Below are positions 37,373 to 48,884 of a stretch of DNA of 64,000 nt, piece after piece (the stretch's first letter is position 1; each line of letters begins with the position of its first letter). Both the position numbers and the translations under genes were made by a program. A model generated the notes under the pieces. The model was not told the DNA's origin and did not search any database. It saw only the letters and a list, made by a program, of their open reading frames with translations. The stretch comes from Octopus bimaculoides (lineage: Eukaryota), in the NCBI RefSeq assembly GCF_001194135.2, contig NC_068986.1, positions 61,303,055 to 61,367,054 of the forward strand, in the 5' to 3' direction.

Positions 37373-40268
37373 GTTTTTTTTATTATTTAGGCCTCCGTCA
37401 GTCATGGCTGACCATGGATGTTGTCATCCATCCGTTGAGTTGTCTATTCAGTTTTTGCAATGCCGCCTGTGGCTGTAGAGACCGATGCGAGAGTGGCAGT
37501 CTTGTTTGCAGAGGTCACACCTACACGTTGAATCCGGTCTGTAGGCTGTCATTTCTTTTCTGCGGGCTCAGTTTTCAGCTGCTGCCACCCTGAAATTCTC
37601 TTCACCGGTCTGCAGTTGTTTGTGAAGAGTGCCTCTCCAGCTGGTTTGGTTGGCTGCGAGATCCTCCCAGGAATTGGTGTTGATACCAAGTGCCTTCATA
37701 TCCCTCCTGCACACGTCCCTGTACCTCAGCTTCGGGTGGCCAATGTTTCTCTGCCCTGCGACAAGCTCTCTGTAAAGGACATCCTTTGGGATCCAACCAT
37801 CCTCATACGGCAAACGTGGCCAATCCAGCGCAGCCAACATTGTCTTAGTAAGGTGAGCATGGTGGGGAGGCCAGCACGAGACAGAACGTCAGTATTGGTT
37901 ACTTTGTCTTGCCAGAGGATGCCGAGTATGCATCGGAGGCTTCTGAGGTGGAAGGTGTTGAGCCGTTTCTCCTGGCAGGCATATGCGGTCCATGTCTCGC
38001 TGCCATATAGTAGGGTGCTGAGGACGCAAGCACTGTACACAGCCATTTTCGTTTTCACTGTTAGCTTGGTGTTTGTCCTCACTCTTGGTGTGAGGCAAGC
38101 GTATGTTGTGGCTGCCTTCCCGATCCTCTTGTCTATCTCAGCATCTAGGGAGAGGTTGTCAGTGATAGTGGAACCAAGGTACATGAACTGGTGGACAACT
38201 TTGAGCTCATAGTTGTCAATGGTGATGACAGGTGGTGCCGGCATGTTTTGACCCATAACGTTTGTCTTCTTCAGACTGATAGTCATTCCAAAGTCTTTGC
38301 AGGCCTGAGCTAAGCAATCCATCAGCAGCTGCAGTTCCCTCTGAGTGTGAGTCGCAACTGCAGCGTCATCAGTGAACAGCATGTCTCTAATGAGGACTTC
38401 ACGGACCTTTGTCCTCTCTTTTAGGCGAGCAAGATTGAACAGCCCACCATCCAATCTCGTCCGTAAGTATATTACCTCATGTGCTGTGCCAAATGCATGC
38501 CTCAGGAAGAGTGAGAAGAAGATCCCGAAAAGGGTTGGGGTGAGTACGCAGCCTTGTTTGACCCTGCTGCGTATGTCGAAGGGCTCGGAGAGGTTGCCGT
38601 TGAACTACGCAGTCCCTTTCATGTTGGAGGGGAAAGACTCGATTAAGCTGTGCAGTTTTGGAGGACAGCCGATCTTTCGGAGAGCCTTGAAAAGGCTGTC
38701 TCTGCTGACAAGATCAAAGGCTTTGGTGAGATCAATGAATGCGACGTAGAGGGGCATCTGCTGCTCTCTGCACTTCTCCTGGAGATAGCGAAGGGTGAAG
38801 ACCATGTCTATCGTGGATCTTTCAGCTCAGAAGCCACACTGTGATTCTGGGTAGATATGTTCAGCCAGCTTCTGCAAATGGATCAACAGGACCCGAGCAT
38901 AGACTTTACCAACTACACTAAGGAGGGAGATACCTCTGTATTTGTTGCAGTCACTTCTTTCACCCTTGTTCTTGTAAAGGGTGATGATTTTAGCGTCCCT
39001 CATGTCTTGCAGCACGCTTCCCTCCTTCCAGCACTGGCAGAGAACCTCATGCAAGGGCTGTAGCAAGGTAGACTTGCAGTGCTTGATGAGGTCTGGAGGA
39101 ATACTGTCGCTGCCTGGTGCCTTGCCTGCAGTCAACCTGTCAACAGCCTTACTGAGCTCATTCATGGTAGGCTCTGCATCGAGCTCTTCCATGACTGGTA
39201 TGCAATTGATGGCATCAAGGGCTGCAGGAGTCACTGTTGCCTCTCCAGAATAGAGGTCAGAGTAGTGCTCCATCCATCTCTCCATCTGCCTGCCCTGGTC
39301 GGTAATGATTTCCCCGGTGTTGGATTTGAGGGGGGCGTTCTTGTTCTGTGTTGGTCCCAGTGCCTTCTTGATACCATCGTACATGACTCTGATGTTGCCT
39401 GTTGCAGCAGCCTTCTGAATCCTCTTACTGAGCTCTGTCCAGTACTCGTTGGCACAGTGCCTGCCGATGTTCTGAACCTTGCTCCTGGCCGCCTTGAGGA
39501 TCTTCAGGTTTTTTTCAGTGGGTGACCACTTGTATTCTACGAGTGCAGCACGCTTGGCCTCAATGACGGGGTTCATCGTGGACAACTTGGCGTCAAACCA
39601 GTCATGTGGCTTCGAGGCCCTCTTCCCAAAAGTTGCCAGGGCAGTGCGGTGGATGGTGTCTCGCAGAGTTTCCCACTTCTCTTTGGCAGTATCTCCGGCC
39701 TTCGATGCATCATATACTTCTTCAAAGGCCTCTGTGAACTGTTCCACAAGATTGAGCTGAGTCATCTTGCTAACGTCAATGTACGAGGCCCTCGGTTTCT
39801 TTGCACTGTGGAACCTTTTTGGTTGCAGCCTGATTTTGCAGCATACCAGGGAGTGGTCTGTGTCGCAGTCCGCACTGTGGTAAGAGCATGTATGGAGAAT
39901 GTTTTTTATGGCAGCACGCCTGACCACAATTAGATCCAGTTGGTGCCAGTGCTTTGAGTGTGGGTGCCTCCAGGAGACCTTGTGTTGGAGTTTCGTTTTG
40001 AAGAAGGAGTTGGCGATGCACAGGTTGTGAAGGGCACAAAGTTCGAGCAGTTGCTGACCATTCTCATTGAGTCTTCCCACTCCAAACGAACCAAGGCATG
40101 AAGGCCACGAGTCGCTGTCTGCACCCACTCTGGTGTTGAAGTCACCCAGGAGAATAAGCTGTTCGGCACTTGGTATATTCTTGATGGTAGATGAAAGGTT
40201 CTCATAGAACTCATCCTTGGTGTTCGAAGTGGCGGACAGTGTTGGGGAATACACACTGATGAGTACTG
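37373..40268 (-). mobile_element. RTE-clade LINE of a second family (BovB/RTE-1-like), 5'-truncated, relatively intact
   Basis: 491-aa ORF with LLGDFN, KVSWRHPHSKHWHQLDLI and KAPGSD; then FIDLTKAFD, LFTDD and LLYGSETW. Probable 8-bp TSD CATCATGA (37365-37372, 40269-40276). Confidence 0.93.
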
Positions 40269-40789
40269 CATCATGAATACTGTACTGTCTTATTGTGTTC
40301 ACATCCTAGATATTTAATGCACAAATCAAATTTGTTCAGTTTGTCTCAGTAGGTGCCATAGGTTAAGAACAGTTTGCTGATCTAAACAGCAATAGCATGG
40401 TTGAATTATAAATAAAATACATTCCACAGTCTAAACAATTTACAGTTAAACTATTCATTGTCCTATAAGCATATAGTACTGAATTCAAATTCTTCAGTGG
40501 GTTTAGATTACTTATTTAGTTCACATTACTTCATGAGGAGCATAGGTCTGCAACTATTTCATGTCAGTGAACAAAACCATGAGCTACTTCCTTACTTTCA
40601 AACCAAAACAAACTAATTGCTTTCACTTCATCTTTCACACATACTTTCCAGGTTTTCTTCGGCCGGTTTAAATGCTAAAGAGTTAAGAAAGGAATGACTC
40701 AATTGAAAATGTAATCTAAAATAAATTATGTCTGAAAAGACTGGATGATCATGGCTAGAATATCTTTCTTTGTAGGTATGCTCAAGTAG

Positions 40790-41310
40790 GAGCTAAACAA
40801 CATAATCTAGGGAATTTTAAGAGTCAATGAAATGGGCTTCCAAGTGATGGAAGTTTTGAGGCAGAACACCTGTCATGAGGAACCAATTCAAATTGGCACT
40901 AAAGCTCTTCTGGAGACCAAAAAATGTGTGTATCTATGCAGTGTTGTCTCAATGACTGGTGGAACAGAGGAGGATGTGATGTCCAGGATTAGCAAGGCCT
41001 GGTATGTTTTCAACAGTCTTTGACTGATCTGGGACTCCAAAGTCATCTCCCACAAAACAATGCTCTGAATCTTCAATTCCAACATCAAAGTTGTTCTTTA
41101 TTGGTCAGAAACTTGGAGGGTCACCAAGTGACCAAACAAAATTTCCAACAGATGTCTGAGGGACAGAACAGACCAAACTCCCATCAATCAAGAAATTTTG
41201 ACAACAAAATGGGGCTGGATTGGTCACGCTAAAAGCTGATGTCCAAGTAGCATTGCAAGACAAATGTTAGACTAGCAACCTGAAGGAAAGAGGAAGGTTG
41301 GTTGACCATT
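40790..41310 (+). mobile_element. degraded RTE RT C-terminal fragment (third family)
   Basis: CVYLCSVVSMTGGTEEDVMSRISKAW..IFNSNIKVVLYWSETW (cf. YLGS..GG...DV..RI.KA..LLYG.ETW). Confidence 0.75.
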
Positions 41311-41474
41311 CAACTGATGACTCTTAAAGTTTAGCAGATAACTATCAATCTCAACATTCTCATTTTATACCAATTCTTTCTACTCTTAGTTTAAGATACA
41401 TCATTAATAATTTAAGTGTTATGAAGTCAATTAAATTGTAGGAATAGAAAACCTCAAAATAAATGTCTTTCTTG

Positions 41475-41650
41475 TGCTTCTGTACACCATCTCCAAATGC
41501 AGAATTAGTTTAAATCTATTTGTAGCCAACTTTACCTTTTACCCAGTCAGGGTTGATAAAATAAGTATATATCATGCACTAGTATTGATTCAATCAACTA
41601 CCTTATCCTCTATAAATTTATGAACATGTGCCAATCAAAGAAATCAATAA
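41475..41650 (+). mobile_element. degraded SINE (family 1)
   Basis: AACTTTACCTTTT..AGGGTTGATAAAATAAGTA core. Confidence 0.55.
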
Positions 41651-41720
41651 TGTATGCACTGAAATGTAGGGGTAAATTCTTTCATACAAAATATTGCTTC
41701 TATATTTCATATGTTGTCAG

Positions 41721-41727
41721 ATTTACT
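41721..41727 (+). CDS. candidate 7-nt micro-exon E6 (ATTTACT)
   Basis: TTTCATATGTTGTCAG|ATTTACT|GTGAGT. Confidence 0.5.
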
Positions 41728-41800
41728 GTGAGTGAAAGCAGAAGAAAGGTTGGTAAGAGGATAGAAAATTTCAATTTGACTAGTTAGAAAATGTCTGGTT

Positions 41801-43612
41801 TCTTAAAGAAACTGTTGAATATATGACTAATGACAGGATATTCAATATGATTATTGCAGAATCTTTAACAGAATTGGAGAAGAAATTCCAGGTATGGAAA
41901 CGAAACCTGGAATCAAAAGGCCTTAAAGTTAACCTAGCTAAGACAAAAGTAGTTTTTAATAAGAAAGAAGATAAAACTTTCTTTGTGTCAGGTAAATGGT
42001 CCTGCTCCACATGTAGGAAAGGAGTTGGAAGAAATTCCATTCATTGCATCCATTGTAAACTATGGACACATAAGAGATACAGTGGTACCACAGATAAAGT
42101 AGTCTTTGTATGGGGCAGATATGCAGGAACAATAACTACAAAGAGCACACAGAAATTAGATTCTCTCAAATGCCCAGGAGGTTCTCTTGAGGTTGTAGAT
42201 AGTTTCTGTTACCTTGGTGACCAAATTAGCAATGGTCAAGGATGCTCTGAAAGTATTGTTTCTAGAATAAGAATTGGGTGGAGGAAGTTCAGAGCACTAT
42301 TACTTCTGTTGGCAACAAAAGGATTCTTTCTCAGAATGAAACGAAGATCATATAATGCTTGGGTATGAACGGCTATTCTCCATGGTAGTGAGACATGGGC
42401 TCTGAATGCTGAAGACAGCATAGACGAAGATAGTATGCTCTGCTGGATGTGCAACATCAGTGCACATGTAGAACAAAGTGCAAATGTATTGAGAGAAAAG
42501 TTGGGCATAAGAGGAATCAAAAGTAGCATGCAAGAGAGAAGACTACATTGGTTTGGACATGTAATGCATATGAATGAGGACAGCTGCATAAAGAAGTGCT
42601 GATTACTGAAAGTGGATGGTACCCATAGAAGAGGGAGACCCAGGAAGACATGGGATGAAGTGGTAAGGACTGATCTCAGGAAGTTGGACCTCACGGAAGA
42701 AATGACCATGGACCAAGATGTCTGGCGATATAAAATTCTTGAAAAGACCTGCCCACATCAGCGAAACTGAGTTCTAGAAGCACTGTGTGTCTCACCCACA
42801 CTCAACAAGAAAACTTCTCACACTCTCCACCACAACGAATTAAACTATGTCCCTACATCCCTTCTCTTCCTCATATTTCCATTTCATGTACTATGATTAC
42901 CTCCCACTCCCTAAACTTGTCTTCTTTTTCTCACATTTCCTCTTTCATTCACTATGCCTAGCTCTCATTCCCCAACCCTATCCTCACACCCCTGTTCCTC
43001 TGTATCATTGCCACCCAGTAGCCCCTCTAACTCTATATATGCCCAGGTCTTTCACCACTTATTTGCACTCTTTAATCATACTCCCTTCGCAATATCCTGT
43101 CACTTATATTATGGCATTTGAACCTCAAGGGTATCCCTGGTACTTGCCACTATCTATATCTCTCTCTTCCTTTACTCAGCCATCTCATTTATACTCTGAT
43201 CCCCGTTCCTTGTGAGTATGCCCAGCATTTTGCCACCATCTCCATCCTGCAGTCTCTCACTCTCTCTCTCTCTCTCTCTCTTTCTCCTGCACTTCCCTCA
43301 GGTTGGGCAACTGTGTAATTTCTTTGTGGTAGCATGCCTGTTTCTGTCTTCACTCCAGATCTTTCTCTCTCTCTGACTGGGTAACCTTGTATTTCCTTTA
43401 CAGTATCTGTCTTACTATAACCTTTTCATCATCACCTCCTCAAATGCAAAGTTTTTGTCTCACAAGTATTTGGTGGCCTTGTTAGTGCAGGTGCCACTTA
43501 AAAGCATTCAGTCCATACTGTAAAGTGGTTGGTGTTTGGAAGGGCATCCAGCTGTAAAAACCTTGCCAAAACTGACCTCACTTGTGCTTGTGCCACGTAA
43601 AAAGTACTACTC
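41801..43612 (+). mobile_element. older RTE LINE copy D (RT C-terminus + long pyrimidine-rich 3' UTR)
   Basis: IIAESLTELEKKFQVWKRNLESKGLKVNLAKTK, VVDSFCYLGD and GRPRKTWDEVV; the 3' end carries GGAAGGGCATCCAGCTGTAAA. Confidence 0.88.
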
Positions 43613-43614
43613 AC

Positions 43615-43899
43615 CATCATCATCATTTAATGTCCGTGTCCACAGGCGACTGTGCAACATTGAAGCCTGCACCAAACTTCTGTGACTGTTTTGGCAGGAT
43701 TTTTACATCTGCTCTTCCTAATACCAACCACTCAGCAGAGAAGGCTCTGCTGAGTGGTTGGTATTAGGAAGAGCAGATGTAAAAATCCTGCCAAAACAGT
43801 CACAGAAGTTTGGTGCAGGCTTCAGCCTGGCTGGCTTTTGTGGTACCATCCCATCCATGCTAACATGGAACACGGACATTAAATGATGATGATGATGAT
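43615..43899. repeat. palindromic element: perfect 80-bp inverted repeat (43661-43740 / 43745-43824, loop AAGG) inside outer (CAT)n/(GAT)n-tailed inverted arms
   Basis: Checked base by base: the inner arms are exact reverse complements. The sequence derives from the RTE-type 3' tail (GAGTGGTTGG..AGGAAG.GCA). Confidence 0.95.
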
Positions 43900-44642
43900 T
43901 GCTATTTAAGAGAAATAAAACAATGGAAAACTAATGTATGTATAAGATGCAATTATCCAGAGACTTTTTAGAATGGACCAAGTTAAGAAAGACACCCTTT
44001 GTCCTATACATACTCGGTAATTAGCAAATTCTATATATATGTACTGTTGTTCAAATGTGACATTGCTCATCATTAGGTACACATTTAGTCTTGTGACATT
44101 TCACTTTGCTATATTGACTGCATTATCCCAGTTCAATATATCACAAAGAAAAATGTGTATGGGAGGGAAGATCTCACAACAGGGTTACAGGCTGGTTTTA
44201 CTTGAAAGAATACTTTCTTTTCTTTTCTTTTTTTTTTGTTTTGTTTATAATGTTGATACAGTGAGGTTAATAGAACATGAAATCAATCCCAATAACTGAC
44301 AACAGAGGCAAGGAGGAAAGTGTTAATGTAAATGGCTATTTAGATCATTTGATCATGCTTCAATCTATTCCATAATGGTATGGAGGTAAAGCCAAAAAAA
44401 TGGGACATCACTGTTCTTCACATAAAAGATATGCTTTCAATACTGGAATTTAAAGTATAATTTAGTGTCCCCTGCACTACCACTCTTACAACTATTACTG
44501 GAAATTTGATTCAAGCCACAATGCCATAAGGTCAATACAATCCAAAAGGAACATAAACCATAAAGTATAAAGGAGAGAAAGTAGATTTTATCAGATTGAA
44601 AAACATGTTAAGGCTTAAATAGTTTTCTCTCTTTCTGTGTAG

Positions 44643-44666
44643 TTTTGATTTATGATAACATATACA
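44643..44666 (+). CDS. candidate micro-exon E7 (24 nt): (F)LIYDNIY
   Basis: TTTTCTCTCTTTCTGTGTAG|exon|GTAATT; only one frame is open, and it is the one required by E6. Confidence 0.55.
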
Positions 44667-45284
44667 GTAATTGAGATACATCATTTAGTAAAAAGAAGGT
44701 TCAAATATCTTTACAACTATAACATTATTTCCTTTCATAGTTAGAAATTCATATAATAACTACATAGGAAGATAAGTACTCAAATAAAGAATAATATTAA
44801 CATACTTTGACGAAATTATTGACACTCAAAATTATTGTAAAACAAGCCATTAAAAATTTCTCAGTCATTGGAGAATAAGTTTAAATAGAACAACTAATTC
44901 AGAGCTAAGGGCTACAAATTTAGGCATTATCAGAATCACTTAAGTTTTTATCTTTCCTGGGTTGAAAAAATACATTTTAATATTATAGAAGCAAAACAAA
45001 TTCCAGATCTCACATTCAAGCATTGTTACAATTAATTTAAGTTTGTAAATCTTCTGGGATTGATAAAATATATGCCAATCATAGTCACAGCTGAAACATG
45101 ACAATCCAGTCCTACCTCTAAGGAGAAATTAAAGCCAATGTTCAGTCACTCAGACTGTTTACACTGTCATTTCAAAACAAACTATCAGCATTTATAGTAG
45201 CAACTACATCACCTAAATGGAATACAGGAACATTTTTTACTAATTCCAGTTATATATTGTATATCAAAGGCTGACTGATTTCAG

Positions 45285-45439
45285 ATGTTTCTGAACCCGC
45301 TTGGTTTCAAAATATGTTGGAAAACTCAAGAAAACAACAAGTAAACAAGGGGGCTTCAAATTACAACCTACCTACTGTCATATGTAAAGAAACAACATAT
45401 AGTCCTACAAACAGGATGGATGTGGCTGGAATGGCATAG
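45285..45439 (+). CDS. candidate exon E8: either terminal (stop TAG 45437-45439) or a 99-nt cassette ending at 45383
   Basis: CTGACTGATTTCAG| opens VSEPAWFQNMLENSRKQQ..MA* in the phase left by E7; a weak donor T|GTAAAG lies at 45384. Confidence 0.4.
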
Positions 45440-45623
45440 GGTGAAAGATCAAACAAAGAAAGTGTGAACAACTGAATGGATTGAACTAGAGTTGTATGAT
45501 AGTCTATGAGCAGGTCCATGTACACATGTCATGTATATATGTAAAATAACTGATAAAGTATTTTATAGGTTAGTTAGAAGAGGAGGTTAATGTCCATGAT
45601 TCTTAACCATTCTGTAAGACTAG

Positions 45624-45675
45624 TGAGAGATGAAGCTGATGCCTACACTGAACATTTGTGGGACAATATTTGCAG
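45624..45675 (+). CDS. candidate exon E9 (52 nt): RDEADAYTEHLWDNIC
   Basis: TTCTTAACCATTCTGTAAGACTAG|exon|GTAAAA (CAG|GT donor); phase 1 entry fits E7 or the 99-nt E8. Confidence 0.45.
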
Positions 45676-45704
45676 GTAAAACTTGGGTGGAGAGAAAAAA
45701 AAAC

Positions 45705-48700
45705 ATTTGGAAGTAGAAGTAGAGATTAATAGTTCTCCTATATTTTTATTCCATCTAAAGGCTACAATAGGCAGTTGAGGAAATATATGTTTGAAATGAG
45801 GATATTTTTCCGCAACATGCTGCTAACTTTCAACACTTTTGAAATGCCAGTGAAATTTCAGTGCCAGTTAATCACTAAAAGAATTCTGTTACATATTGCA
45901 CTTTGTTTGCTAAAATTATGCGTGAAAGTTTGACTTTCTTTGCTAGTCTAAGCTATGTCATTTGCTATTTCTTTTAATTGTGATTCACTGTAACTGTGTT
46001 TAACACATTGGTGTATTTGCATGTTTCCAGTATTCCCCTATGTTAGTACAAATCTATTTTATCCTCAAAAATTGGGATTTCGGATTTGACCGAATTTTAT
46101 GAAGTGGATGATCGGAGCGGCAGTGGAGGTAAATGTGGGATGACATGGGCTTGCAAAATAACTCTGTCACTATTCTGCCTCCAAAATTTTTGTGTCCAAA
46201 GATTCAACACTAGTTTTTGAAAAACTAGACATAAATTTTATGTTGGACTTAAAGCCATAGATTTTAGCATAATAGTCACAGAAATGCATGAAGTCAATTA
46301 AACTATCTTGTGATCCTTCCCAGACGAAAAGGACATCATCAATGAACTGTAACCAATAGTTCATGACCATATAGGGAATTGAATGTCTTCAGTAAGTGCA
46401 TCTTAAATTTCATCATGAAGACATTAGCAGAATTATGGGGGTACCCATGGTGCAACCCCTTGTCAAATGGTAAAATTTTTGTCCAAATTTCATTGTGTTA
46501 CTTTGTAACACAAATCTCAATAGCTTCCAGATGAAATTAGAAGGAATACTTTTGTTTGACCGTTTTTTGAAAGCATTCATGCATGCTCCTACCACTTCAT
46601 TGTGGTCACTATTGGAACACAAGGAAGAAACATCCATGGTTACCAGAATACAGTTTATGACATGACTTTAGTGCTTTAAAAAGTTGTTAATTTTAGACAC
46701 AAAATCAAAAGTATCTCGAATATAGGAACTTGATCTTTTTGCAACAGGGAGTAGAATGCCATCCAGTCACTCTGAAATTTTGGCTGTACAACATTCATAC
46801 CCACTGCAAATTGGGCTCATTGGAGGAAATCTTTTGAACTTCTTGTGTATCTTAGGGAGACCATAAAATATAGGTGTTCTTTCTGTCCATAAAATCCTGG
46901 ATTTGACCTTATTAATGAAATTGTTTTTCTCCATTTCGAGAATCATTTTGTCAAGTTCCTCTCTGTAATTGGGATTTGGATCAACAGGTAATTCTTCATA
47001 TGAAGTTTTGTCACTTAAAGCTTCTTCACAAGCTGAAATATACTCGCTTTTGTCCATATAATTACAATAGCGCCTCCTTTATCTGTCATTCATTTTTACA
47101 ACAATAGAATCATTTTTAGCGAGACAGCAGAGTCATAACGTTGGGAATTTGTGAGGTTATTCCAGGACTTCTTTCCACTTGTTTTAAGGCTTTCCCTAAT
47201 GCCTGTCTAACCAAGATTCAAGAAATTCCAGTCGTGCTTGTGAATGTCCATCTTGAACTTAATCTGGATACCAATTGGGATTCTTTTCAATCCATTTATG
47301 CCAGATTCGATCACCTTTTTAATTTTCAGTAAGCATAGGGATTTCTGTCTCCTTGTCATCATTTTGACAAATAAAATATTCCTTCAGCTTGTGACGACAA
47401 ACTAAAATAGCCCTTGAGCTACTTTATTCTTCACAAAATTCTCAGAAGCACAGTCCAAGCACCAATCAGAGACATCATCAGGTGAAAGTTTTAATTTAGA
47501 TAAATTTATGGCCAATATATTCTCTAGTGTGATGGATTTTCTTGGGCAATTGTTTTTCAGAGTCTTACTTTCATTAGATTCCTGACTACCTTTTGGGCTT
47601 TGCTCAAAATCTTCACTTAAAACGTGGAACCTATTGAGTCATAAAATTTGTTCTGAGTGTTCATGTTAGTAGTCTTAATTTTTAGTCGTCTTTCTAAGAG
47701 TAATCCATTTCTGGGTGGGTGTGGCTTTTGTAGGCATTTGAAAAACATTTGCTTTCAGGAAAGGAATAAATTTATTGTTTTCGAGCAAAATCTTAAATGT
47801 GTTCACATTTTTGATTGATGAAGTAAAAACCTCTCTGGAGCACTTTCAATGACCAGTTCAAATGTGTATGCTAGGGTAAAATAACCTCAATCATATGCAC
47901 CAACTTAGGGATTATTAATATAAATTTGTTGAACTGTAGGGTTTATATTTGTTTGTGGTGAGTACAGCATTGTCATTTGTGCTGTTAGTTCGTGTGGTAC
48001 CGGTAAGTTCAAACTGTCATAAACATCGAAAAAATTAGTTGACAAAACAAAATGATTGTTTCTGGTGTGACGAATGAACAATGTGTCTTGTGGACTGTAT
48101 ATTAGAAATTCCATGTGAGGAGAAATGGTTGGTTGTACTGGAATTTCAGGAAAATTTTCCACTATGATTTTCAGCCCGGCATCAATGTCACATAACATTT
48201 ATTCCAAAAGTAAAAACAACTTCACATATTTAAAAGCAAATGTTCTCAACCAAAATGTTCCCTTGCCCACTGGCTCAGAGGGATAGGAAATCAGCTTTTT
48301 CAGCTTCTTTTACTTTTTTGTCTTTAGGAATGAAATTTTCTTTTTTTTTTCAAAGTTCATCAAACAATTACACAAGTAGCTGAAACAGTTTTTAGAAGAA
48401 CATACCTGATCAAGAACACTCAAAATCTCCTTAATGCCTGCACCAAGCAATACTAATTTTGAATGATAGTGTTCAATAATAACTTTCATTATGTGAAATG
48501 AATTGCTCTCACCAATCAATTTAAACTTTGAAGCAATGAATCATCAGGCACACATTGGTACATTTGGTCAATGCACACATTGGTATATTTGATGTAAGAC
48601 TGTCCGATATAATTGTTTCTAGTTTGCATGTTTCCAGAAATGATAACTGGCTTTTGATTTTAGCACAGAAATGATTAAGTTTTTTAACTGATAGAAATGT

Positions 48701-48880
48701 TGATTTCTTATTTTCTGATTCGTATTTGAATGGTACAAAATCCATTGACCCAGGATTGGACACAACATTGGGGTCTAGTGAAACTAACAGTGCTGACAAG
48801 CCAGCCGTAAGAATCAATAAAATGCAAAAGCTGTAACCTACATTAGGATTTTCATTAGACACCCGACTGTTTAGGTAACT
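45705..48880 (-). mobile_element. Penelope-like retroelement arm 1: N-terminal domain + Ulp1-like protease + RT, lacking the GIY-YIG end
   Basis: SQLSFLETCKLETII (PLE N-terminus), HTRNNHFV/YDSL/D*G (protease), AINLSKLKLS, FYGLPKIHK, MDVSSL, GCTMGT, LQFIDDVL, YLHCRSDHP and PIVAFRWNKNI. Confidence 0.9.
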
Positions 48881-48884
48881 TCAG

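Noticed and set aside
40763-40780. Zero-length AG|GT sites resembling recursive splice sites (also about 44076)
   Set aside because: They lie in or near repeat-derived sequence and are expected by chance without RNA evidence.
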